Shown here: piece after piece, positions 36,001 to 51,000 of the stretch
Position numbering within the stretch: the first letter of the stretch is position 1
Layout: each line of letters opens with the position of its first letter
NCBI GenBank assembly: GCA_028534125.1
Contig: CM052817.1
Span: 24,802,001 to 24,866,000, forward strand
DNA length: 64,000 bases
Direction: 5' to 3'
Source: Lama glama
Lineage: Eukaryota
The notes under the pieces: model-generated
What the model was told of the DNA's origin: nothing
The model's input: the letters and a program-made list of their open reading frames with translations, nothing else
Database searches by the model: none
Position numbers and translations under genes: made by a program

Positions 36001-39000
36001 TCACCCGTACTTCTGACCAACTAGTGATAAATCAGGGGTCTCATGACCCCCTTTTCAGGTTTGATAATTTGCTAGAACAGCTCATGGAACTCAGGAAAGC
36101 ACTTTTTAATAACTGTTACCAGTTTTACTGTGAAGGACGCAAGAACAGCGAAGTGAAAGAGAACCCAAGGTAGGGGTGTGTGGGAGAGGGTGCAGAGCTT
36201 CCATGCCCTCTCCAGGCACCTCTCTCCCAGCACATCCCTGTGTTCATCAGCACAGAAGCTCCCCAAACCCTGCTGTGTAGGGTTTTTATGGAAGTTCTGT
36301 TACACAGGCATGATTAATTAAATCATTGGCTATTGGTGACTGAAAGTTCCAACCTTCTCTTGGTTAGTTCCCTAGAGTCACCTCATTAGCATAAACTCAG
36401 GTATGGATGAATTTATTATGAATAACAAAAGATGTTCCTCTCACCCTAATCACTCAGGAAATTCCAAAAGTTTTATGACCTCTGCCAGAAACTAGGAACA
36501 AAAACTAAATATTATACATGATAATTTTTTAAAAACCAACTTCATATTTCAAATTTCAAAAGCATCAGAAAATTGAAAAGCTTTTCACCTCTTCACTCTC
36601 TTAGATGCTGAAGCAAAGACAGAATATATATTAATTGTTTTTCCATTTGTACGTTAGAATTATTGTGGGGTTTTTTATATTTCAGATTTCCCATTATGTT
36701 ATTCATCTGGCTGTATCTGGTGTATACGTATCTGTTTTGCAGAATCCTTTAACTTTGGAGTCAGTGAAACAACTAATTGCAGAAGGTAATAAAGAAGAAC
36801 TACAAAAATGTTTTGGAGCACGAATGGAGTTTGGGACAGCTGGCCTGCGAGCTGCTATGGGGCCAGGAATTTCTCGTATGAATGACTTGACCATCATCCA
36901 GACTACACAGGTACCACATTTTTATATTTCTTAGTTACTCTTTTTTTTTTTTTGATACTCCATAGGTAGTTTTTATTTGTAACACTTCTTTAAAATATAT
37001 TTTTATTGAAGTATAGTCAGTTTACAATGTTGTGTCAATTTCTGGTGATAGCACAGTGCTTTAGTCCTACATGAACATACGTATATTCATTTTCATATTC
37101 TTTTCACCGTAAGTTACTACAAGATATTTAATATAGTTCCCTATGCTATACAATATAAACTTGTTGTTTATCTATTTTATATATATTAGTTAGTATCTGC
37201 AAATCTCAAACTCCCAATTTACTCCTTCCCAACCCCTTCCCCCACCTCCCCGTAACCATAAGCTTGTTTTCTATGTCTGTCTGTTTCTATTTTGTAAATT
37301 AGTTCATTTGTCTTTTTTTTTTCAGATTTTACATATATGTATGTGTGGTATATATATATATATGATATCATATGGTATTTTTCTTTCTCTTTTTGTCTTA
37401 CTTCCCTTAGAACGACAATCTCCAGTTCCATCCATATAGCTGCAAATGGCATTATTTTATTCTTTTTTATGGCTGAGTAGTATTCCATTGTAGAAATATA
37501 CCACAGCTTCTTTATCCAGTTATCTATCGATGGACATTTAGGATGTTTTCATGTCTTGGCTGTTGTAAATAGTGCTGCTGTGAACACTGGGGTACACGCA
37601 TCTTTTTGAATTAAGGTTCCCTCTGGTTATATGGCCAGGAGTGGAATTGCTGGATCATATTATTCTTAACTGAAGTGCTAAAGACAATTTTAATTACATA
37701 TGTGTGGGAGCCCCATTAAGATAATAAGGCCCAAGGGTAATTCAGCAGTTGAGGCTTATATGCCATTCCCAGCCAAGGAATGGGAGAGGGGCCTGGGGCT
37801 TCGAAGTGGGAAAGAATAATAGAAGAACTTTTAAAATAGGTAGATACAGATATAGATATAGATACACGTATATATCCCTCTCCCCCACAGGTCAGTAGAG
37901 GAACAGGTGTTCGGTGACTAGATGTTTGCCCTGCCATACAAATAATCTTTCAGATTAAAAGTTATCTCTGGTAATAGCTCTCTTTCTGGTTCAGACTCCA
38001 TATCTGAATTCTTGTTAGGTAGTTAAAGAAGAGGTAAAATTTGTCTTTAGTCTGTTGGGTCTTGATTGCGTTCAGCTCAAAATGACCCACATGCCAGAGT
38101 GGTATAATTTGGGGTCACGCATTTCTGTTCCCCCTCAGCTCTCCACTGACAGGAGCTGGGGAAAGACTTTTCAGAGACAAGGCAGGAACAAAGCATGGAG
38201 ATTGATTGAAGGGCTATAGCTCACCCAGGTGCCTTATTTGGGAAACCAAGCTGGCTGTGATTGGCTGTGACTCTTAGGGTGTGATTTCTTAACGTTGAGG
38301 CATTTACAGGGCAGGGTTTTGATTTGCTTACTGGGCTCCTGAAGTATTAAAGCTACCCCAGTATAATGACATTCTCGTTTAATTAATTTAACCCCAGTCT
38401 CCTGTTGGATCTGATAGACCTAATTTTTTCCAATTGTGGATGAGCCTGTGGGTTTGCCTAGGCACAGGGAGTCACATTTACTCCGTCAAGTTGGTCTTGT
38501 GCAGTTGGTTGAAGTGGTACTATTTCAAAACTCACGTAGCCGTTCATTCATTCATTCATTCATTCAGCAGATTTATTGGGTGCCAGACACTGAGGATATA
38601 ATAATGACTAAAACAGATAGATTCCACCACGGAGCTTTCATTCCAGTGCAAATCCACCAACTAAGCTGACCGACTTTCATGGTCTTGTAATTTTTGTTAT
38701 GGCTGTGCAGATGTAAGCGTTGAAAATCTTTTCTAACTGCCAGAATAACCTAGAGCCCATTCTGTTCGGTTTTAATTTACAGTATAGGTGGAAAGTATTG
38801 CTGAGTTCCCTTGCCTTCATTCGCGAATTTTACTGTGAGAGTCTAGACCCAACTTTTAGAAATAAAGATGAAGCCTTTGAGAAAACAGCTGCTGCCGGGT
38901 GTCGGGAGTTCTGTTTATGAAGGAAAGAAAGTGGAACATATTGTTCTGTTTCTTCAACTACTTAGACTTGTTACAAATGAGGTCACTTTAATTCTGGGAA

Positions 39001-42000
39001 AGAAAAGGATGGGGAAAATTGACTATTGGTGATTTCAGGTACCTTACACATACCTCCCAGTGTAAAGGCAGAGTTGGACAAGTCCTAACAGAACCCTAAG
39101 AAGGAAATCTTGCCTAAGGGTACAGGGTTGCCATGGGAACTGCTGGCTGCAAATTCCTGTTAAGCAGGAGGGCTCCCTGAGATCTTCTCGGAGGGAAGGC
39201 TTGGAATACGTGAGCCTGGGACTCCTGTTGTCGTTGACGGATACATGGAATCACTCTGTAGGGTCAGGTCACCTTCTGCTCCAGTTACTAGGACTACACA
39301 ACAAATCGCCCAAAACACAGTGATTTTAAGTCACAACCGCATTTATTTTGCTCACAAATCTGTAATGTGGGTAGAGCTCAGTCGGGATGGCTCATCTCTG
39401 CGGCATTTGGCATCACTTGGGCCGACTTGGAGTCTGGAGTCCTTTGAAAGTACCTTCACTCATGTGTCTGCAGTCATTGCTGGCTATTGGTTGAGACCTT
39501 ATCTGGGGCTGGAACACCCCATGGGGCCCTGGGCTTCCTAGGGCCCAGGAGAACATCCAGAGAGAGTGTGCACACCAGGGGGAAGCTGGGCTGACTTTTA
39601 TGACCTGGTCTTGAATGTCACACAGAATCACTTCTACCATATTCAAGAAGAGGGCATGCAGACACCCTCTCAATGGAGAAAAGTCAGTGTCACATTAGAG
39701 GGGCATGTGGGATGAAATATATTGGTGTAGCCGTCTTTGGAAAATCCAATTGGTCATAGCTCCTGTTAAGCTTAATTAATTAATGTTAGGGAATTCCAAA
39801 GGCTTCTAGATAAACCTGAGCCTTTTCTCCTATATTCATCTGCATCTTACTTTCTAGGAATGATGAAATCTGTGCCCAGAAAGGTCCGAGGACCTGTTTT
39901 ACATATCCTCCCTGCTATAAGAAATGATCTCTTCTGGGAGTAGACCCTGTGATAGCCAAGAATCCTACAAAACTGAGTTAAAAAGAAAACAAAAAACCCG
40001 AGTTCCTTTAAAGGCCATCTGATTCAACTAGCCACCCATCGGGATAATTTCCTCTGTAATAACCACCACTCTGACGTGATTGTCCAGCTGCACTGGAACA
40101 CTTACACAATAGGAGACAAAGATGTTAAGAGTTTAGACAATTTTATAAGAACAGCAGGTGAATTTTTTAAATCTTAGGAGTGGTTTCAAAATTAGAGGAA
40201 ACGGATTTCCCAGACAAACCACCCAGCTTCCACGCCCACGCTGGGGTAGTGTGACCTGGCAGAACATGCTGGTTTTTACTGCGGCCCAGGCCCCCTGCCC
40301 GCTGGTCTCTGCGGTGGACTCTCACCCTGTTGGTGCCCCCACATTTATCTCTTTGGATTTAAGAAGCAGATGTATGTGAGTCAAGAACATCCCAGTGGGA
40401 AACAGGATAGAGACTAGTGGGGGTATTGTTTGCCTCATTGACAGAGGTTATAATTTCCTCTAGGTTACTTAACTTAGCCATGACGCATCAGTGATGGAGA
40501 ACTGATTGTCTCCTGAAATAGCCATTCTGTCTTTGGATTGTTCTCATTAAAGAATGGTTTCATTATTTTGAGCCAAAATCTTCCTTTCTGTAGCTTTCAC
40601 ATATTGGTCATAGTTTGACCTTTTGAAGCTGTCTAAAGTTTATTTCTTATGTTCTGTGATAATATTTTGATTCTGAAAACCTCCCTGATCCCTCATTGAG
40701 ACTTTTCTCTGGAAAAAGCCTTCCCTCTTCCCGTGGCCATTCTCTCAGCCAGCAGGCCCCAGAATTTTTTAGAGCAATTTGAAGATGAAAGGATTTTAGA
40801 CTAAGGCTAAATACTTTTTGCCCCCTTGAACACTGGGGCCACAACACGGGGGTCGACCAGGGCCAGGGAGAGGGTGCTTCACTGTTGTAAGCCGTAGCCT
40901 GTGAGCATCTGGGTACCTTCTGGGGAAACCCACGAAACCCCACAAAACCAGTGCACGTGTATCCTCATTACCTTGTATCACTCAACTGCAGAAGATATGC
41001 CCAAGATCATATTCTTGTACAAGAAAAACTAAAGGCTTTCTAGATTGGCCCTACTCTGGCAACAGACCTGTGAAGAGTTACAATTATTTTTTACAGGATT
41101 TCCTTCAACTGAAGTGAAATGAGTAGTATGAACCGTCATTACTGCCCAATCAACCAGAGTGCTTTTTGTTCCGTAATAAAACCTATTTTATCCAGTTACC
41201 TAAACCTCTGGAGTTCAAAGGTTTTCTGATCTTCCATATTTCAAGCTGATATGAGGCTATTGGAGGCATGGAGGTGCAGGAATTGTGTGTTGCACCATTT
41301 CTAGGCAGGTGGGAATAGCCCCAACTCTGCACAACTTTTATCTTTATACTGGCGGACTGATAGAGCCTCCTTAAGAGCTGCCTGCTGGAAAACAGTATCG
41401 CAGACAAACAGAACAAGTTTGGATCTGTTACATGTCAAAATCTTATCAAGCGTGTTGAGGTTCTTTGACCCACTGACGTACAGAGCAGGCAGAAATATCT
41501 GAAACACCTCCCTGTCCTCAGACTTTCTTGAACTTAGAGTAAAGAAGGAGTACAGGCTTTGAAAGAAAATGACAATAAAGCCAGTGCTTATAACATCAAA
41601 CACATAGTGCTTCCTTGGTAATGGATTCTCAGCACTTGGCATGTTTTTACTCATGTAACTCTCATGCAGCCCTTTGAGGGGGTACTGTTGTTATTCCCAC
41701 TTTACAGAACGGAAAACTGAGGCTCTGAGAGATTGAAGAACTTATCATTTGTTCACAGGTGGTGGTGGAGTACAAACCCACAGATTCTGTGTGCTTTTAA
41801 CCCAGCACTGAACCACCTCTAACCAGACCCAGGCACAAATCTAGGTTTTGCTACTCCTGTATCTGAAACTGGGCACGTCCCTGAGCCTCTCTGGGCCTGG
41901 CTTTCCCATCTGTAAAATGGGATTTCTTGGCCAAGTTGATCTGAGGTTAGGAATAATAAATATTAGGTCTCCAGCACAGTACCTGATACATATAGATAGA

Positions 42001-45000
42001 CAACAAATAAAGCTGTTATTTTTCTGTTGTTCAGTTTGCTAAGTTACTGAGGGATTTCTCCCCTCTCTACTACAGTGTTCTCTTGTGGAAGCAGAGAAAA
42101 CTTGACCAATTTTTGGTGTGTATACATATATATATGATGTGTTAAAACATACATACTCTTTTAATTCCTGGGGTATTTTTTAGGGATTTTGCAGATACCT
42201 GGAAAAACAATTCAGTGACCTCAAGCAAAGAGGTGTCGTGATCAGCTTTGACGCTCGAGCCCATCCAGCCAGTGGAGGCAGCAGCAAAAGGTATGTAAAG
42301 ATATTTAGGAAGCTGTTTTTTTGTAGCGTAGTTTGTAGTTTTATTTGTAATCACCATTTCCATAGCTTGACGTTAAATACATTTGTCAGCTACATAGATA
42401 GCTTAACTATAAAAATGATGGGTAAATTTCCTTTGCAACTTTTAAGAATTCTGGTTTACATTTGGGTTAAGGAAAGGAAATTATTTCAACAATTTAGAAC
42501 TTAATACCTGTATTATCTAAATGAAAGCAATTTTTTATAGTTGCAAATTTATTTCTCTCACTTTTCCTTTCACATAATTTTCTTTTTCCACCAATTATAA
42601 GCCTCATGAGCTCCTTCCCATTCTTAAATGCCCATTGAAAACTGGGTTTTTGTAACATTCTGAGACCAATAGGGCTCTGCCGTATGTAGCTGTAGGCAGA
42701 TGGTGATGGTGGTGATGATGGTGGTGGTGGTGATGGTGGCAGTGATGGTGGTGATGATGGTGGTGGTGGTGATGGTGGTGGCAGTAGTGATGGTGGTGGT
42801 GGTGGTGGTCGTGGCGGCAGTGGTGGTGGCAGCCGCAGTGGTGATAGAATCATTTGAATGGAACCACAATTTTAAACATAGAGAGGCTCAAACCACGGGT
42901 CAGCAAACTTTTTCTCTTAAAGGGCAAATAGTAAATACCTTACACACTGTGGACTGCACAGTCTCTATCATAACCACTCAACTCTGCCATGTAGCATAGA
43001 AACCGCCATGGACAATTCATGACTGAATGGGCAGTGTTAGAATAAAACTTTATTTACAAATGGGCTGGAGTTTGCCAACCAAGGCTTTTAATCGTGTTAT
43101 ATGACCCTCTTTTTTACTTGAATGCTTTCTTTATTATGATGATTTTTTTTTAATCATTCCAGAGTAAAAATATTAGTAGTTTCAGAGATTGGAAGAACGT
43201 ACATATATTTAATATTAATGAAAAGTCTGTAACTTTACAGTACCAGATACATTCATAGAGTCTTGATCTTTGCCCATCAGCAACTTTTGATCTGAGAGAG
43301 AAGTGTTGAGGTGAGGAAGGAAGCAAGGTCAAGGCAAAAGACCAGATGACATCAGCTCTTAGGCTGAACTCAGGGTGATATAAAATATTGAGTCTTCAGC
43401 TTGCAGGCTCAAAAATGTGATTTTTGTCAATAAAGCAAGAGAAGAGCTAAATCTCTCAGGGATTGATGCATAGGAACCACATTCATAAGAGAATGATGTA
43501 GTATAAACAAGAATATCAGTTTGTCAATTTTCAGTTAGTGAATTTACAGTTAGAATTACATCTTAGGTATGCTTGCTGGCTCCATGGGCAGGTCAGAGCC
43601 TCCGGCCAAAGCACGCACAGTGCGTACAAGTGGCTAACTGCCTGTTTAGCTTTCCAGATTTCTTTTTTTCAGGCTGACTAACCTGCTTCAGGTTGATGAG
43701 TCTTTCATATATGTTAACATTGTCAATTAAGGTGAAGATACATCTTGCTCTGGCCTTGGGGCCATATCATTTCCTTCAAGTGACTAATGTAACTGATTGT
43801 ATTTGTTTATGGTTCAAGTCCCAGAGTTTGATGGGATAGGATGGAGTGGAGCTCAGTGGCGCTGCTATCATTTACAACAAGCAAGATGTGTAGAGATTGT
43901 AACAAATATTAAGCCAATAAATACATGCTAAAATATTCATGATGAGTAAATGGAGTTTTCTTAAAGAGTCAGAAACTATTGTAGTCTCAGAATTTTGCCT
44001 AAGGAAATGTTGATTAGTTCTTTAATCTTCCAGTTTTAAATACCTGGTAGGGACTATAAGCAATAACAGTTAAGCATATGCAGAAAACACATTGACTCTC
44101 TTTTGTGCATGTTTGTAGCTTAGTTCATGTATATCATGTACATATCATATATATGTTGAGTGTCTCCTTTGCCAACTTTAAGAAAGTGCCTTTAAAGTCA
44201 GCCTGAACACATGATAAACATTTCATGAGGATAAAAGTGACTTCCGTACCTCCTAGTGAGTGCACTTTGGATTTAATTTTAGGATTTTTATTTAAATTGT
44301 TTTTTGCTAAATTTTGTTATTTTTATGACTTTCCCCTGTGTAGAAGCATTTTTATTTTTTTGAGCTGTCAAAATCATTTTTGTATGACTGTTGATCATAG
44401 AACTTTTAATGCTTGAGCTGTTAAAGATCTCTTTTTGCCCCAACCAGCTCCTGGGATAGTTCAGTGAAGTTAGTGCTCAAAAAATGTTTGAGGAGAGAAT
44501 GATCTGTTTGTTTAATCCTGAATGGTATAATGTTGTTCACTGGAAGTAAATTGCTCATTTACCGTGGTCAAGTATTTAACTCCAGGCGTGGAGTAAGACT
44601 TTGCCATGTTCTGTGTCCTGTGCTAAGCCAGGTGCTGTGGAAATTAAGGAATGTGTCAAAGTGTCACAGATTTAAGTCTTTTACGGGCTGAGTGGATTCA
44701 AGTTATATTCATGCCACATACATAGTCGTATACGTGTGTATGTCACATATATATCACACACACCCACACACCGATGAGCCTTGTGTTTCATAGAAGGCAG
44801 CATCAAATTAAATGCTAGTCTTCATGGCATCTTCTGGATTGTAAAAGCTTTAGACTGGAGTTTCTGTGTCTCTGCACTGTCAAGATGTGACTTGGTCCTG
44901 GGCCAGATAATTCTTGATTGTGGGCACTGCCCTGTGCATTGTGGGATGCTGAGCACCATCCTTGGCCTCCACCCACCAGCTGCCGCTCGCACCCTACCCT

Positions 45001-48000
45001 GGTGACAACCAAAAATGTCTCCAAACCATTGTCCGGGGTGGGGCAGCATCTCCCTCGACTGAGACCCGCTGAGATGGACAGAGTTGAGAGACTTGGCTGC
45101 AGGCCTGGCTCCGCTGCTGGGTGGCTGGTGGACGTGGGATAAATCGCCTGGCCTTTCTTGGCTCTAGTCCCATCTCTGTAAAACCAAGGCGTGGAGTGAA
45201 ATGACGCCTGAGGTTCCTCCAGCTTGAATGCTCCCTGCCTGCAGGAGGATAATGGGCATCTTCCTTGATCTGGCTGCTATACCAGCCTGAAGATAGAGCC
45301 GGACATTCATGTCCATCTTTATTGTCGCCCGCAGTCCTGACCACTCTGCCCTCCTTTCTCCCCCGACTCTCTGCATTTCCAGGTTTGCCCGACTTGCTGC
45401 AACCACATTTATCAGCCAGGGGATTCCTGTGTACCTCTTTTCTGATATAACCCCAACCCCCTTCGTGGTAAGTCATCATTTCCTTTTATAATTTCCTGTC
45501 ACATAATCGGGGGTGAGACGTGGCTGAGTCTTACAGTCTTCGTGCTCTTGGGATTCTGGGATTAAAGGGCAGAAGAGCTGCCTGCTTTTTATCAGGAGTT
45601 CTCTCTCCTCTCCAGAAATGTTCCTTCCACATCCTACTTATATTTCTCTGGTATTCAGCTTTTGATTCATCAGAATTAATGTTTTTAATGTGGTTTTTCT
45701 TATTCAAGGATATTTTAGCTAGTTAGCAAAATGTCTATGTTTGTCTGTTTGTTCGTTTGCTTTTTAATATGTTGTGTATTCTTTTTACCAGCTATCACAG
45801 TTAGGAAACTTCTTGGGTCTAAATATGAACTCACCCGAAACTGTGTCTTATCATGAATGTTTCTGACAAGTTGATGCAGTAGCTTTTTATATAAATGGTT
45901 CATTCTAAATCCTATTCATGGCCACAGTACAAGAAGCATCCTTGGCATGTTTTAGTAAGATTTTTATCAAATTCTTACATGGAAAAATCTAAAGAAAAGG
46001 ACAATAGGGATTGTGACAGCTGTTGCTCTTAAGTAGGTAGAACTTTTAAGAGCAGGGCCAAATGCTAAGAATATGTTTTTAGAAATTAAGCCAAAAACAG
46101 AATTTGAATACAGTTACTTCCGTCAAGTAGAAGTAAGAGTGTATAAGCACAGGAGACGTAAGCTCCACTGGTTGTGCTTATTGTCTCTAATGCACTGACA
46201 GGGACCTGCAGCACCTCCTAGATTGTGAATATCCCAGTAGACACTCAGTGTTACCTCCACGTGTGGTTCAGGTTTTATTGTTTGATGGAAAAACTGTGAT
46301 ATGTTCAAGCATCCGTGGTCTTCTCTATTATATAAGTGTTGACAGCTATTATTTTTATATCAGACATGAGTTACATGTGTCTCATGATCATTTGCCCATG
46401 CCATGGGATGATTCTCCTTTTTTCTTGGCTCCAGGACACCTTGGGGGGGGGCTTGAGCTAACTCCTAGGGGGACAAATGACAACAGTGATTGTTGGTGGG
46501 AAGATGGAGGGGGACAGATGGGTAGACTCTCAGGATGCTTGTGTAAAGTCGATCTCATGTACAGCTGTAGTGGGCAGAAGCCCACCTCTCCCCATTTTAG
46601 AAAGTAGTCTTCTAAAGATGGGAGTGAAGCAGACATACAGGGGAGGGATAACCAGCCCTGAAGGGGGAGGTAAGTGACAAGCTGTGACAGCTCTCTCCAT
46701 TTCTTCAGCAAGTTGCTCAGCCTTTTCCTTCGAAGTAAATCGGGGAAAGAAGGGAAAAGGTAGCAGTTGGAGGGAATGAACTGAATCCATAGGCTTCTGG
46801 TTGAAGCAGAAGGCTTCAGAGAATGTGCAGTAGAGAATTAGACCATCATACTGTTGGGAGAGTTTTTGGCCCTACCAAGTAGAAGACAGAATGAGAAGAC
46901 ACCTAGGAAAATACTTGCACTTCTCATTTGGGGTACACATCCTGGAATTTTGAGCAGTGGGTTAGTTCTAAGGAGAATCAGAGTCTACTGCATGGATGTG
47001 GCACAAAAATGTTGTATGACACATTATGATATTTATATATTATGCATGTTAAAAGGGAACATGGTGCAAACAATGTGTAATAGATCTTTTAAGCAGATCT
47101 GATTTTTTTGTTTGACACTGTTCTGTTTGCCTACTGTATTACAGCCCTACACAGTGTCACATCTGAAACTTCGCGCTGGAATCATGATAACCGCCTCTCA
47201 CAATCCAAAGCAGGATAACGGTTATAAGGTATTATTTTTCTATCCACTCTTATGTCCTTCAGTATGAATCCCGTGCCTTTCCGGTTTGGGAGCACAGGGA
47301 ATGGATGCTTTTATTTCCATTAACTAACGCTCAGCCGTCTGGACACCTTCCGCCTTCTCTAGGTTTATTGGGATAACGGAGCTCAGATCATTTCTCCTCA
47401 TGATAAAGGGATCTCCGAAGCGATTGAGGAAAATCTGGAGCCATGGCCTCAAGCTTGGGACGATTCTATAATCAACGGCAGTCCGCTTCTCCATGACCCA
47501 AAAGCTTCCATCACTAAGGACTACTTTGAAGACCTTAAAAAATACTGTTTTCACAGGTAAATGGATTGGAAACTCACCTCAAGTGAGATCTTCTAATTTT
47601 TAAATGTTGGGGACCATTTAAAAATCTATAATCCAAACAAAGCACACCTGTCAGCCTTCCCTCTGTCCCTCTAATTGAACTTTCAAAGACTAAGGGTTTC
47701 CAGTTTTCTGCTACTCCAGGGAGCACTGGAGTCAGCAGCTTTGAGCACAAGTTCCTTGAGTATTTGCGTGTTTGTGTGCCAGTGTATTCATAAGATACAT
47801 TTCAGGCATCAGAATTATATATGCATTTACAAAGTTGATAATGGTTAACAAATTGCTCTGCAGGAATGTTTCACTAGCTGAGATTTTCACCAACAGTATA
47901 TGATAATAGTATGTGACCAATACATCCTTACTGACACTGAGTACTATGAAATTTCTCCTCTTACCCAGTTTGCTACATGAAAGTAACAGCTAACTTTATT

Positions 48001-51000
48001 TGCATTAATTATTAATATTTTTTATCTTTCACCTAGATTTTTCTATGTATCTCTTCATCTTTTGCATTTGTAAAACCTCTTTGCTTATACAGAAAACTAG
48101 TCTTTATTTCAAATATGGTTTTCCCTTCTGTTGTTACTTTTGGACTTTTTTCATTGAAACTTTTAATTTCTGACTTCTGGGTTTTGTGCCATACTTCAGA
48201 TTCCACTATACTAAGATTATTAAAGGAAAAAAAAGCCACGACTTTTGTTTCGCTCTAAGACTTTCGTGTTTATATTTTTAATTTTATATGAGGCATAAAG
48301 TAGGAAAGCAGATTAGATTCTTTCCAATAAGTTTGTAATTGTACCAACTTATTAAATTGAGGAGTCTTTTTTTTTTTGACCAATTGGAAATACCACCTTT
48401 ATTAAACAATTTCTAACATAATTTGAGTGCTTATTATATATCAGATAACTGTAGTAGGCCCTTCACTTGCACTAATTAATTTAATCTCATTTTAATCATC
48501 ACAGTAATGCTGATAGGTAGATTCTAGTGTGTGGCCATTTTATCGATGAGAAAACTGTGACACAGAGAGGTTAAGTAAATAACCAATAGTCACACAGCTT
48601 TAAGTGGCAGAGCTCTAGGATTTAAATTTAGAGTCTGTCTCCAAATCATGTTAACCACTAAGCCTTACTACTTCTCATGTCTATTTCCCATTTTAAATTG
48701 GATCAACTTCTGGACTCTATTCTGTTCTTTTAATCTGCATTTATATATCTAGGACTAAACTGTTCTAATTGTGATGGCTTAATTCACTTTAATATCTAAG
48801 ACATTTTTTTTCCAGATTTGTTCTCACTAATTTTGTATACTTACTCTTCTAGATGCATTTTATTTTCAAGGGTATGTTTGTTTTAAACTACTGTTTAAAA
48901 GGTCTTAGAGAAGACCTTGTTCATTTATTCATCACTGAAAGAAATGGACAATAACCTAAGAACCTAGGAAGTAGATCACTGGAATTTTTTAACACTTTAT
49001 ATTTACCTTTTTATAGCTTCTGTTAATTTTGATATTTATTGTTATTCTATATTAAGTCCCTATATCAGGGCACTTTGCCCAACAGGATTGTTACTGGACA
49101 AAGAAAAGTTTTATTTTTTATGCATCTGTGTATGAGGTGCTCCACCACGTTTTGGTAAAAGGGACATTTTGAAAATCATATTTGGAGCTAGTAAAGAGTA
49201 TTTGGAGCCCCAGGGCTGGTACTGCCGCTGGGCCAGCTGAGTCTCTCCTGAAACCCACCCTAGGTGCGAAAGCTGTAGTGTAAAACACAATGTGAAAGCA
49301 ATCAGATTGGCTGAAAATAACTACAGAGTAAAATGTAAAATTTGAATGTTTTGGGGGAGGGTGGATGTTTGAAAGAAAGTAAGAAGTGTTGTTTCTTTTT
49401 TTTTAATGGAATTAGAAAGATACTCCGCTGTCTTACACTTTCTTACTCCTTTGATATCTTACATTCTTGGGAATCTGGCTCCTTGATATTTTGCAACCCT
49501 TCCAGTTTTGTGAGCCGTATTTGCATATCTTACCATTCTCCGCAATGTGTCTGGTTCTAGGAGTGTGAACAGGGAGACCAAGGTGAAGTTTGTGCACACC
49601 TCCGTCCACGGCGTGGGGCATGACTTCGTGCAGTCAGCTTTCAAAGCTTTTGACTTTGCTCCTCCTGAGGCCGTTCCTGAACAGAAGAATCCTGATCCTG
49701 AGTTCCCGACAGTGAAATACCCGAATCCCGAAGAGGGTAAAGGTGTCTTGGTAACTGATTTTTTTTTTTCAATTATAAAATTTACCTTTTTTATTCAAAA
49801 CTGTTACTATCAAGTAAAATGAGTTTTTATGCGTTACCATTGTGCTGAACAAAAAAGTAATTTCATCATTGGAAATATTTATAGTTATTAGTCATCTGTT
49901 TCTTAGAGGAACTTTCAAATCAGATGCCTTGGCATCAGGATGTGAGAGCTGAAATTGCTTGCAAATTTAAAATGATGCTTTATATTCAGTTTAATTAATT
50001 TAATTTTTATTTAATTTACTGTACTTCTTAATGCCAAAATGGAGCACTAATAGAATGGAGATTCGGGTAGGGTATAGCTCAGTGGTAGAGTGCATGCTGA
50101 GCATGCACAAGGAACTTGGTTCAATCCCCAGTTCCTCCATTAAAAAAAAAAAAAGAATGAAGGTTCGTCACATGATTTTTACCCCTTAATTGATATTTTT
50201 CTGGTATGAAGAAGTACTGTTTAAATTATGGTTCTTTTAACCTTTTTAAAGGTTAGGGTTACAATGATATTCAGAGAGTCGGTTTATTTTGGTTTGTCTG
50301 TGACGTTGATCACACAGCCAGGCCTGGAAATACCAGTCCAGCCACGCCCACGCTCTCAGATGTAGGGCGAATCCCACGGGCATGTGTGGGTCATGTGTTG
50401 ATGCGCCCTTTATCTGACCTCTGACTTAGGACGTAATATGTGACCAGCCAAGACCAGCTCCAAAAAAAAAAATGCAGCCTTGGTTTGGGAAAAGTCTTCT
50501 AGTGCTTAACGAACTGAATGTTTTTAAAGACTGCAATGTCCTCTGTTCTCAATTGGAGTGATCTTTCCTCTCCTTACTCTGTTTCAGACTTTATCTTTTG
50601 CTTTGGCTGACAAAACCAAGGCCAAAATCGTTTTAGCAAATGATCCAGATGCTGATAGACTTGCTGTGGCGGAAAAGCAAGACAGGTACGATTCATCGTG
50701 ATTACCTAGATAATGGAAAATATAAAAGGTGACATCTTCCATCTTTGGCAGTAAAATGTTTCTGGAGAGACCAGATCTATTTGGAAATGGTTTGCATTTA
50801 TTTTGCAAGCAGTCATCTCACTGAACATCTGTCAGGTCCTCTGACATAGAGCGAGTCCTGATCCGGGGCCCACACGATCAGCAAGCACAATGCAGAGTAA
50901 AGCAGCCCAGTATGTGTTTGGAATTGAAATGATCATTTGTCATCTCCCCCTGTTTTATCATTGTTTTTATTATAATTAATGACTCAGTGCTTAATGAGGG

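Noticed and set aside
42494..42999. Poly-Pro, poly-Thr and poly-Val ORFs
   Set aside because: Translations of the (GGT/GAT)n simple repeat.
50065..50140. tRNA-like sequence (also at 61494 and other copies)
   Set aside because: A-rich tails, TSDs and divergence among copies show these are SINEs, not tRNA genes.
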